From the NCBI GenBank assembly GCA_037137395.1, contig JBAXKK010000070.1, positions 1-13,687 on the forward strand: a DNA stretch of 13,687 nucleotides, written 5' to 3'. Source of the DNA: Elusimicrobiota bacterium (GTDB lineage Bacteria > Elusimicrobiota > Elusimicrobia > Elusimicrobiales > UBA9959). Positions 1 through 7,004 of this stretch are shown here, piece after piece. Under the pieces are notes generated by a model. It was given only the letters and a program-made list of their open reading frames with translations, was not told the DNA's origin and ran no database searches. Each line of letters starts with the position of its first letter. Position 1 is the first letter of the stretch. The translations under genes were made by a program, and so were the position numbers.

Positions 1-89
1 GGGTGGCTGGGTAGACCAGGTTAGAACCTGTTTTATGCAGGTTTAATGTTCCCCCACTTTGACCGTGTATGACAGTTTATGATGGACCG
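1..89 (+). repeat. Left copy of 89-bp direct repeat (att-like)
   Basis: Positions 1-89 match 13599-13687 except T34 vs G13632. Contains the dyad CAGGTT-AG-AACCTG (17-30), a third CAGGTT (38-43) and a 10-bp tandem TGACCGTGTA/TGACAGTTTA (60-79). The true repeat may extend beyond the window edges. Confidence 0.97.
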
Positions 90-91
90 GG

Positions 92-556
92 TTGCCCGTG
101 TGCACCATAAGTTGTGGGGTCAAATCGGGGCGTGCAAAAAAGTGGTTGTCTTTACCCGGAGATTCCCCTCGTATTCGAGATAAAAGGCAAAAACCGCTGG
201 CCTTTCGGCTACGATATACTTCGCAAGCTATCTTACCCGGATTACTACCCCGTTCCGCCGAGTCAACCGCCCGCATCTCCCGGCTGGGGCGGCGCCCGAT
301 ACTGATTAGGGTGGAGGCAACGCTTACTGCCCTGGCCCTGGAACTTGGGATGACCCATTTTGAGGTAATCAGCCGGCTGAACCTGCTCCGGCTCGCGCCT
401 GAACTTCATGAGCGTATTATGGCCTTGCCTCCGACCTCACACAGGTGTCCGATCAACAAGCGAACGCTACGATATATCACTGTAATCCCTGATTTTGAGT
501 GCCAGCAAATGGAGTTTAATAATCTAATCTCCCATCCAATTGTAGGAGCTTCCTGA
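92..556 (+). CDS. HTH protein (ParB/Spo0J-like HTH) of the type found next to large serine recombinases; N-terminus uncertain, possibly degenerate
   Basis: C-terminal half TLTALALELGMTHFEVISRLNLLRLAPELHERIMALP...INKRTLRYIT..PDFECQQMEF resembles the 'LAxxLGxSxxRVxQxLNLLxLAPEIQ...ERxLRxI..xDxxxQ' pattern of small recombinase-locus proteins. TTG start has no clear RBS. Confidence 0.55.
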   Translation: MPVCTISCGVKSGRAKKWLSLPGDSPRIRDKRQKPLAFRLRYTSQAILPGLLPRSAESTARISRLGRRPILIRVEATLTALALELGMTHFEVISRLNLLRLAPELHERIMALPPTSHRCPINKRTLRYITVIPDFECQQMEFNNLISHPIVGAS

Positions 557-560
557 ATTT

Positions 561-1712
561 TTAGGCGCTTTCTTCTTCTCTGGCTGACAACTCATCCATC
601 TCTGCTTTGGACAGCTTCGGCGAGAACCACCGTTGAGCTATAAATGTCGGCACGACTGTGCCTATAACCACTGCGACGAGTACTGAGAACTGCCCTTTGT
701 CGATGTACCCTGCTTGGAGCCCATAGAGAGATGAGATAGTGCCGAATGTAAGTCCCGTGCTCATCAGCAGGGTCGTATATTCGGCGTGCTCGGCAACATA
801 CCGTTTAGCCACGGGCCAGACACCGATGAATTTAGCCGCGATTTTTATCCCGAACAGGGCCAGGAACAGGGGCCATTGGGCCGCAATTGCCTGCAATGAA
901 ACACTCATGCCGCCCTTAATGAAAAAAAACGGGGTTATCATGGCGAAGGCAACGACGCGGAGCTTCTTCTGGAGATCCTTATGCTCACGGAACATTTTAC
1001 CCAAGTACAGGCCAAGAATGAAAACGGGCAGCACTGCGTGCCCCTTTCCTAATTGGGCTAAGGACATGAAAGAAAAGAGCAGGAAGAAAAGCAATTTAAT
1101 CTCCGGCTCGATAACACGCTTGCCGTAGCGTAAAAATATACCGGGCAGCCAGCGCGCCGCCGCCGCTATGATCGCAATAGAACCCAGAATAAACCACAGT
1201 GTGTAAATGTTATATTCCGCAAAGGATAACGACAATGCCGCGGCGACCCCGAAATCCGTGACAAATGTCGCGGCCATGATTGTTTTTCCTATTTCCGTAT
1301 TGGTTAGTCCGGTTTCAACCAGAACCGCATACACCACAGCCAACGAAGTGGTGGAAAGGGCGCATCCTGCTATGAGCGAGGCGTTCCAGGTCCAACCCGC
1401 GCCCCAGTAGCAATAGGCAATGGCGGCGATGTAGGGAATCACGAATGACAGTCCGCCGATAAGCAGACTCTCCTTTAACTTGTTTCGCAATATCCTGCTA
1501 TCCACCTCCGCCCCGGCCAGAAAAGTCAGGAGGACGCCGCCGAATCCCGCGAGAAAATCCATCCAAGGCGCTGATTCCAGGCCGAGAAAGTTTCCAGCTA
1601 TGACGCCAGCCGCTATTTCAATGATGGCGGCCGAAAGCGCAAGTTCAACGGAAAAAACACTGGCAATAAAAATCAGAAGCATTATACAGGTTGCGGCGTA
1701 AGTCATATCCAT
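561..1712 (-). CDS. Cation:proton antiporter (CPA2 / Na+/H+ exchanger family)
   Basis: 383 aa, highly hydrophobic, with motifs LTFLAGAEVD, ALSTTSLAVV, AATFVTD and PFFFIKGG. Lies directly downstream of a fluoride riboswitch. Confidence 0.92.
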   Translation of the reverse strand: MDMTYAATCIMLLIFIASVFSVELALSAAIIEIAAGVIAGNFLGLESAPWMDFLAGFGGVLLTFLAGAEVDSRILRNKLKESLLIGGLSFVIPYIAAIAYCYWGAGWTWNASLIAGCALSTTSLAVVYAVLVETGLTNTEIGKTIMAATFVTDFGVAAALSLSFAEYNIYTLWFILGSIAIIAAAARWLPGIFLRYGKRVIEPEIKLLFFLLFSFMSLAQLGKGHAVLPVFILGLYLGKMFREHKDLQKKLRVVAFAMITPFFFIKGGMSVSLQAIAAQWPLFLALFGIKIAAKFIGVWPVAKRYVAEHAEYTTLLMSTGLTFGTISSLYGLQAGYIDKGQFSVLVAVVIGTVVPTFIAQRWFSPKLSKAEMDELSAREEESA

Positions 1713-1723
1713 ATTTATATCCT

Positions 1724-1756
1724 AAAAAAAAGACCCCTACCTTCATGGTAGGAGTC
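1724..1756 (-). terminator. Intrinsic terminator forming the riboswitch expression platform
   Basis: Minus strand GACTCCTACC-ATGAA-GGTAGGGGTC followed by T8. The 5' arm is the 3' end of the aptamer. Confidence 0.9.
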
Positions 1757-1799
1757 ATCAGCCCCGTTGCGGGAGCAGTTCAGGCGAACTCCATCGCCT
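1748..1799 (-). ncRNA. Fluoride riboswitch (crcB motif)
   Basis: Minus strand AGGCGATGGAGTTCGCC-TGAACTGC-TCCCGCAACGGG-GCTGATGACTCCTAC matches the crcB consensus GGCGAUGGxGUUCGCC...AAxxGC...GCUGAUGACxCCUAC, including the GGAGU/ACUCC pseudoknot pairing. Confidence 0.96.
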
Positions 1800-1805
1800 A
1801 GCTTT

Positions 1806-1835
1806 ATTTTAGCAGGTTGTTTAAGGCGGGTTCAA
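1806..1835 (-). promoter_or_regulatory. Sigma70-like promoter for the riboswitch-antiporter transcript
   Basis: TTGAAC-N18-TAAAAT with an extended -10 TGn. Predicted start at about 1799 coincides with the aptamer 5' end. Confidence 0.7.
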
Positions 1836-1960
1836 TGCTTATAACAAAAAATACCGTATATATGCCGTAATTCCCGATTTTGAACGTCAGAAAGAATAAT
1901 TCTGTAGGCTTGGCGGAGTTGCTCTGAATGCAGGTAAGGATTTAAGTAGTCCGCCTAGAG

Positions 1961-2293
1961 TTAATGCGTCCAATCCAGCACCTTTACATCCGCCCCAAGC
2001 TTTTTAGTTACCGCCTCGATCATTTTGGCAGAATGTGGGCATGGAAACCCTATGGGATTCCCGTTTTTGATGCATGAGGCAAATACTATCATCTGCGCGC
2101 CGCGATCCACCATCATTTTAGCCCGCGTAACCGCTTTCTTGCCCGGGCATCCTCCGCAGGAAACAAAGCCTACAATCTCAACCGGTCCGGTTTGTTCAAA
2201 AGCGCACTTCCCCTCTTGGGCGACTTTGAAGTCGGTGTTTCCTGGGCACATGTCCTCCGTTTGCTGGCATCGAATGATTCCTGCTTTCATCAT
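1961..2293 (-). CDS. CGGC-domain protein (Cys-rich, putative metal/Fe-S binding)
   Basis: GIIRC...CPG...F...CGGCPG...ASC...PCPH...DWTH pattern, with a GGAG RBS upstream. Confidence 0.9.
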   Translation of the reverse strand: MMKAGIIRCQQTEDMCPGNTDFKVAQEGKCAFEQTGPVEIVGFVSCGGCPGKKAVTRAKMMVDRGAQMIVFASCIKNGNPIGFPCPHSAKMIEAVTKKLGADVKVLDWTH

Positions 2294-2378
2294 TTTTGTT
2301 TTCTCCGTCTGTGACCTGATGCGTGTTTATCTATGCTACAAAATTTCCAAATCCTCATGGCTATATTTGCGTTAGGTT

Positions 2379-2570
2379 TTAATTAATTTTAATCGCTTTC
2401 ACCGGACAGGTCCAGACACACCCGCGCAATCGGTCGCATTTAGTTTCATCCGTTACCTTGCACTTCCCAGTTCCCTTGTCTAAATACAATATCTGTTTCG
2501 GGCACATGTTTACACACTTCCCGCAGCCCGTGCACAAATTCTCGTCAATGAGAACTATTTCATTCGTCAT
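2379..2570 (-). CDS. Small dicluster-type ferredoxin
   Basis: CTGCGKCVNMCP and CDRLRGCVWTCP motifs in 63 aa. Confidence 0.9.
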   Translation of the reverse strand: MTNEIVLIDENLCTGCGKCVNMCPKQILYLDKGTGKCKVTDETKCDRLRGCVWTCPVKAIKIN

Positions 2571-2959
2571 TGTTCCTCCTGAGCGGTAATCTCAAACGCG
2601 GGAGGGTTCGTGAGGTGCCGCTTTACCGTGCAAAGCTCGGTGGCTTTTATCAGCGCGGCTTCATACTGCTTCGGAAAGCCTTTCGGAAGTGTTATCCGCA
2701 TACCGACTTTTTTGACCAGGTGCGAGGTTTCATCCCAGTCAAAGGAAAGGTCGATCTTGAAACCTTCCGTGGAAAGATTGCGGCTCTGCAGGAATCCCAC
2801 AGCAAATATACCGGCGCATGTCCCTAATGACGCCAGAAATAGGTCAAAGGGTGTAGGGGCAGAGCCATCCCCGCCAGCGCTTTCGGGCTGGTCGGTCTTT
2901 ATTTCAAAGCCGTGAAAGGACGCGTTGATCTTCTTATTTCCGCCAAAAGTTATTTCCAT
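2567..2959 (-). CDS. OsmC/Ohr-family protein
   Basis: TDQP...GGDGSAPTPFDLFLASLGTC and CTVKRHL, the two conserved cysteines of the family. Confidence 0.9.
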   Translation of the reverse strand: MEITFGGNKKINASFHGFEIKTDQPESAGGDGSAPTPFDLFLASLGTCAGIFAVGFLQSRNLSTEGFKIDLSFDWDETSHLVKKVGMRITLPKGFPKQYEAALIKATELCTVKRHLTNPPAFEITAQEEQ

Positions 2960-2973
2960 GTTTAATATCTCCT

Positions 2974-3327
2974 CTATTTTACATTCAGCACTTCAGCGAT
3001 AGCTTTTTCCAGGCTTTCCTTCGGCAGAACGCCGCTTACCATCTGCGGTTTGCCGGTTTGCGGGATTAAAAGCATTGTCGGGATGCTCTGTATGCCGAAC
3101 AGAGATGAAAGATGCTGCTCCTCATCGGTGTTCACCTTGTAAATATCAAGTTTTCCGGCATATTTCTCCGCCAGCTCAGCCAGCACGGGAGAAAGCATTT
3201 TGCACGGCCCGCACCAGTCCGCGTAGAAATCCACTATGCAGGGCTTATCCCCGGTGAATTTCCAGTCTTTGTTTTGTTCAAAGTCAAAGACCTTTGTTTT
3301 GAACGTGTCATTCGTAAGATTCTGCAT
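2974..3327 (-). CDS. trxA: Thioredoxin
   Basis: VDFYADWCGPCKM active site, SIPT cis-Pro motif and GGAGG RBS. Confidence 0.95.
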   Translation of the reverse strand: MQNLTNDTFKTKVFDFEQNKDWKFTGDKPCIVDFYADWCGPCKMLSPVLAELAEKYAGKLDIYKVNTDEEQHLSSLFGIQSIPTMLLIPQTGKPQMVSGVLPKESLEKAIAEVLNVK

Positions 3328-3339
3328 AATCCCTCCTGT

Positions 3340-3507
3340 CTACCTGTTCATCGTGAATAACAGCCCTAAGAGGGCTCCCCATATAGTGCTTAAATACGGG
3401 TTCTTCACTATAGGGCACATGCCGGAGGCGCACCCAACGATCCTGTGCCAGAGATATCCCAGTATTCCCCCGCCAGCCACTCCCACGATAATTTTAAGAT
3501 CAGACAT
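3340..3507 (-). CDS. Small membrane protein, DUF6132-like (not in the supplied ORF track)
   Basis: Manual translation gives MSDLKIIVGVAGGGILGYLWHRIVGCASGMCPIVKNPYLSTIWGALLGLLFTMNR* (55 aa). Two TM segments flank GCxSGxCPIxxNP. GAGGAG RBS present. Confidence 0.88.
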   Translation of the reverse strand: MSDLKIIVGVAGGGILGYLWHRIVGCASGMCPIVKNPYLSTIWGALLGLLFTMNR

Positions 3508-3539
3508 TTCGGCTCCTCTGCATCTTTACCCTTCATGTA

Positions 3540-3567
3540 TTAGACGCGCAAAGGGCAAAAAGGATGC
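3540..3567 (-). promoter_or_regulatory. Putative ECF-sigma-type promoter for the redox cluster
   Basis: Minus strand GCATCC-N15-CGTCTAA about 30 nt upstream of the DUF6132-like start. A CGTC-type -10 is typical of ECF promoters. An 8-bp inverted repeat GCAAAAAG-N8-CTTTTTGC (3555-3578) overlaps the -35. Confidence 0.5.
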
Positions 3568-3619
3568 GCACTTTTTGCTGGCCAATGATGAAACGAGGAT
3601 GTCGAGGATGGGTAACGAC

Positions 3620-4172
3620 TCAGCGGAAATCTTTGAGTTGTTTTTTTAGGAGAAGTCTTGCGCGATGTAGTTTCGCTTTTAACGCCGGTAGAGATATTTT
3701 TAGCCTGCCGGCCGCTTCCGAATTGGATAAGCCCTCTATGTCGCACAAGGTTATGGCTATTCTATAGTCCAGCGGAAGCGCCACCAAAGCGTTGCTTACC
3801 GCGCGGCTGAGCTCGTTTTTGATGGCGTTTTCGCTGGCTGAAGGCGTTGACGGATGACCTGGGCTTTTGTCTCCAGTCTCCGGGAATCTCTGAGGTGGCC
3901 GAGGTTTTGGCCTTGCGGAACCTTTGCCAGCAGTTATTGGCCGCGATGCGGTAAAGCCATGTGCCAAAAGCGGCATTTGCCTTGAAAGAGTTTATGTGTT
4001 TCAGCGCTGAGATAAATGTTTCCTGTGCCACGTCTGGGGCTTCTGACGGCATTCTGGCGCAGACGCTGGAAGCGATGCCGTAAAGCCGGTCCTTATACTT
4101 CAGGACCAAGGTTTCAAAGGCTTTATCATCACCATTGCGGGCGCGTGTTATAATTTCGCTTTCTTTTATCAT
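3620..4172 (-). pseudogene. ECF sigma-70 factor split by a +1 frameshift near 3870-3885
   Basis: ORF 3762..4172 carries region 2 (GDDKAFETLV..., DVAQETF..., FGTWLYRIAANNC). ORF 3620..3976 carries region 4 (LPLDYRIAITLCDIEGLSNSEAA...KAKLHRARLLL). Joined, they give about 181-183 aa. Confidence 0.88.
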
Positions 4173-4197
4173 GCAAAAGTTGAAGAGTAGTAGGGCC

Positions 4198-4524
4198 TTA
4201 CGACTCAGCCTTCCCCGCTTCCGTTTTTTGAACTTGCTGCGACTTGTTCCGGATCAGGCGAATAGCCCTGTCCATCTTTCGGTATCTAAATATTCCGACC
4301 GTGATGGCGGCTATTCCTGCCGGGATACAGACGATCCCTGCGGCTAGGAACCAGCTGTCATGAGAAAAATGCACTATCGAAACTCCGGCGATCAGCAGCG
4401 TCACACCGGAACGCAGGTATGCAAGCAGGGTCCGTTCATTCGCCAGAAGAGTTCTGTCAATCGCAAGCTCGTCCCGCAGGATAAGATCGCTGCCATCGAA
4501 GCGTAAATAGTGGGAGTCTTTCAT
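4198..4524 (-). CDS. DUF202 (YidH-like) small membrane protein
   Basis: LRDELAIDRTLLANERTLLAYLRSG motif followed by two TM segments. Confidence 0.9.
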   Translation of the reverse strand: MKDSHYLRFDGSDLILRDELAIDRTLLANERTLLAYLRSGVTLLIAGVSIVHFSHDSWFLAAGIVCIPAGIAAITVGIFRYRKMDRAIRLIRNKSQQVQKTEAGKAES

Positions 4525-4545
4525 AATATGCCTTCCTTCCCTTGA

Positions 4546-5247
4546 TTACAATCCCATAAAGGTAACGGCTATTCCGCAGGTAAAGACCGCGAAGCCAGCG
4601 AGAGCATGCGAGTATCGCTCAATCTTCTGAACCGGTAGCAGTTCAATTCCGCGTAACGCCGCTAAAACCATAACCATCATCGTGGAAATAGTGCATAGGG
4701 AGAATACCGCTGTTACGGCGATTACCCCGCTCATGCTGCTCTTGGCCGCCGGATATATAAGCAACGGGATAAGTGGCTCACATGGGCCGAAAACAAAGAT
4801 CGTGAACAATATCCAAGGAGTGATGTTTGCTTTTCCTGCCTCATGGACGTGAGCGTGTTCTTCTGCGTGAGAATGATTGTGAACATGTTGGAATCCGCCG
4901 TGCTCATGCGAGTGCTCGTGTTCCCGGCCTGAATATGCCTTCTTAAGTCCCCAGATAAAATATAGCAGACCGAATATTACCAGCAGCCAGCCCGCAAGGC
5001 CGCCACGGAAGGCTTCTATTTTTTCAAGGCTGGTCACTTTCGCGCCGATATAAACACCGGCAAATCCCAGTATTACAGAACTCCCGACATGGCCCAGGCC
5101 GCAGACGAAAGTGATAACGCCGGTTTTCCAATAGGACCAGCCCCTGGCTTTGGCCATTGCTATAAATGGCACATAATGGTCAGGACCAAGCAATGTGTGA
5201 AAAAAACCGATAGAAGCTGCCGTAAGCGCCAGAACTTTAATATCCAT
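4546..5247 (-). CDS. His-rich Ni/Co transporter-like membrane protein (NiCoT/UreH/RcnA-related)
   Basis: FFHTLLGPDHY (HxxxxxDH-type) motif in TM1, GLGHV, central His-rich loop HEHSHEHGGFQHVHNHSHAEEHAHVH, and GPCE. Confidence 0.8.
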   Translation of the reverse strand: MDIKVLALTAASIGFFHTLLGPDHYVPFIAMAKARGWSYWKTGVITFVCGLGHVGSSVILGFAGVYIGAKVTSLEKIEAFRGGLAGWLLVIFGLLYFIWGLKKAYSGREHEHSHEHGGFQHVHNHSHAEEHAHVHEAGKANITPWILFTIFVFGPCEPLIPLLIYPAAKSSMSGVIAVTAVFSLCTISTMMVMVLAALRGIELLPVQKIERYSHALAGFAVFTCGIAVTFMGL

Positions 5248-5273
5248 TGACTCCTCCGAAGTGAATTATATTT

Positions 5274-6101
5274 CTATGTTAGCATTTTCTTTGTCGCCCA
5301 GGTCCCGGTGAGCAAGATGAGGAATACCGCCACTATCGTTGGGCCGGACGACAAATCCAGCCGCATGGATAGTTCAAGCCCGGCGAAACAGCCGGTCACG
5401 CCGAACAGCCAGCCGAATATTATGCGCCGGGATATGCCCGTCACCGCTATCATGGCCGCGACAGCGGGAATTATCAGGAAAGCAAAGACCAATAAAACAC
5501 CTGCCACTTTAACCGAAGACGTTACTATCATGCCGAAAGTGGCGTAAAACACGAAATCCCACCACCAGATCTTCATGCCCTTGCTGCGTGCCGCCTCGGG
5601 ATCTTCCGTAACCAGCAGCAACTTCTTCCGCGAGAACCAATGGATAAGCCCCATAACCGCACACAGCGCCGCTATGAATCCCAATTCTTTCGGCGAGACC
5701 GTAAGCAGTGAGCCGGTGAGCATCTCTTTTATCTCCTCAGTGCCTGTCGCAGAACGCTCCAGGACAATGAGCGACATTGCTATTGCTCCGGCATAGGTAA
5801 TGCCAATAAGGGCTTCTATCGGGACTTTCTGGCGCTTGCTTCGGAACACCACGAACAGCAAGGCCCCCAAGAGCGTAAAAGACAGGGACATTAGATAATT
5901 CTGCACCGGGAACTGTTCCCCCCATCCCAACAGAACGCCCACGCTTGAACCAAGCGCCGCTACCTGCGCAAGTGATAGGTCCACAAAGATAACGCCTCTT
6001 CGGACCACATGATACCCAAAGTATGTATATGTCCCGGTAAGCACAAGGCAGACCAGAAGCGTAATAATCGCAAAGTGATATTGAAATATCATCATAAACA
6101 T
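5274..6101 (-). CDS. Metal ABC transporter permease (ZnuB/ABC-3 family)
   Basis: RRGVIFVDLSLAQVAALG, GVLLVFAFLIIPA and DLSSGPTIV motifs in a polytopic membrane protein. Confidence 0.9.
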   Translation of the reverse strand: MFMMIFQYHFAIITLLVCLVLTGTYTYFGYHVVRRGVIFVDLSLAQVAALGSSVGVLLGWGEQFPVQNYLMSLSFTLLGALLFVVFRSKRQKVPIEALIGITYAGAIAMSLIVLERSATGTEEIKEMLTGSLLTVSPKELGFIAALCAVMGLIHWFSRKKLLLVTEDPEAARSKGMKIWWWDFVFYATFGMIVTSSVKVAGVLLVFAFLIIPAVAAMIAVTGISRRIIFGWLFGVTGCFAGLELSMRLDLSSGPTIVAVFLILLTGTWATKKMLT

Positions 6102-6979
6102 TACCTCCCTTCTATCTGAGCGACAATTTCTTCAAAATGCTTGAAATATGAATCAGGTTTGACATCGGAGCAAGAGGGCGAGAACTTGAATATCTTTATT
6201 CCGGTCTGACGCGCTAGGAATTTCGGCGAGCCGTCCGGAAAATAAGACTCCTGCAGTAGAATGGATATTCCATCCCGTTTGATTATCTCAACCAGCTCCG
6301 CGAGATGCTTCGCTGTGGGAGGAATGCCCGGCAAAGGCTCCACAGTCCCAGCGATGGTCAGGTTAAACGCCGTAGTGAAATATATCCAGGAAGAATGATA
6401 GGTGATGACTTTTTGCCCGGAAACTTTTGCCAGCCGGGATTTCCAGTCGGCAAGGTTCTTCCCGGCCTCTTCCTTGAAGCGTTCGTAATTCTTGTCGTAA
6501 TACTGACTGTTTGAAGGGTCCGCTTTCTTTAATGCGGTAACCACATTGCTCGCAATGATTAGTCCGTTCGCCGGGTTCAGCCAGTAATGCGGGTTGCCTT
6601 CTGGATGGATATCCCCCATAGAGGCATCCACTTTGCCGGTCGGCTTCTGAAGAGCCGCTATCCCGTTGGAGCAGTCAACCGTGAGCAACTTGCTGTTGCG
6701 GGAGCCATCTATTATGGCGTCCGACCATTGATCTAGTGCCAGGCCGACTTTCAGATAGAGCGCAGCCCGCGAAACCTTTATCATGTACGAAGGCAGGACC
6801 TCTACAGCATGCGGGTTGGAATTACTCTTCCCAATAGAGAATACCTCCACCTTATCGCCACCTATATAGGAGGCTATTGCGCCTATATCCGGCAAGGCTG
6901 CCGCGATTTTAACAGGACCGGCGGATACCGGGATAGCGCCTGTAAGAATAACTGCTACCGATAAAAGCAGATGTTTCAT
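6101..6979 (-). CDS. Metal ABC transporter substrate-binding protein (ZnuA/TroA cluster A-I)
   Basis: Signal peptide plus NPHAVE, GDIHPEGNPHYWL, TYHSSW and EPLPGIPPTAKHL motifs. Confidence 0.93.
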   Translation of the reverse strand: MKHLLLSVAVILTGAIPVSAGPVKIAAALPDIGAIASYIGGDKVEVFSIGKSNSNPHAVEVLPSYMIKVSRAALYLKVGLALDQWSDAIIDGSRNSKLLTVDCSNGIAALQKPTGKVDASMGDIHPEGNPHYWLNPANGLIIASNVVTALKKADPSNSQYYDKNYERFKEEAGKNLADWKSRLAKVSGQKVITYHSSWIYFTTAFNLTIAGTVEPLPGIPPTAKHLAELVEIIKRDGISILLQESYFPDGSPKFLARQTGIKIFKFSPSCSDVKPDSYFKHFEEIVAQIEGR

Positions 6980-7004
6980 AATGTTATTACCTCCAAAAAA
7001 TCAC

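Noticed and set aside
1..89. CRISPR repeat or intact tRNA gene
   Set aside because: Only two copies 13.6 kb apart, with no spacers or cas genes. Only T-loop-to-CCA spacing is tRNA-like; no D-arm, anticodon arm or acceptor pairing is evident.
43..305. ORFs 43..276 (-) and 114..305 (+)
   Set aside because: They overlap the HTH ORF or repeat and show no recognisable motifs or RBS.
1852..1869. Second DUF134-type operator (TACCGTATATATGCCGTA)
   Set aside because: Imperfect palindrome with different centre spacing from GGCATATGCC; too weak to call.
3620..3976. Independent 118-aa gene or anti-sigma factor
   Set aside because: Its C-terminal part is sigma region 4 of the frameshifted ECF gene, and its N-terminal part is an off-frame reading of region 2.
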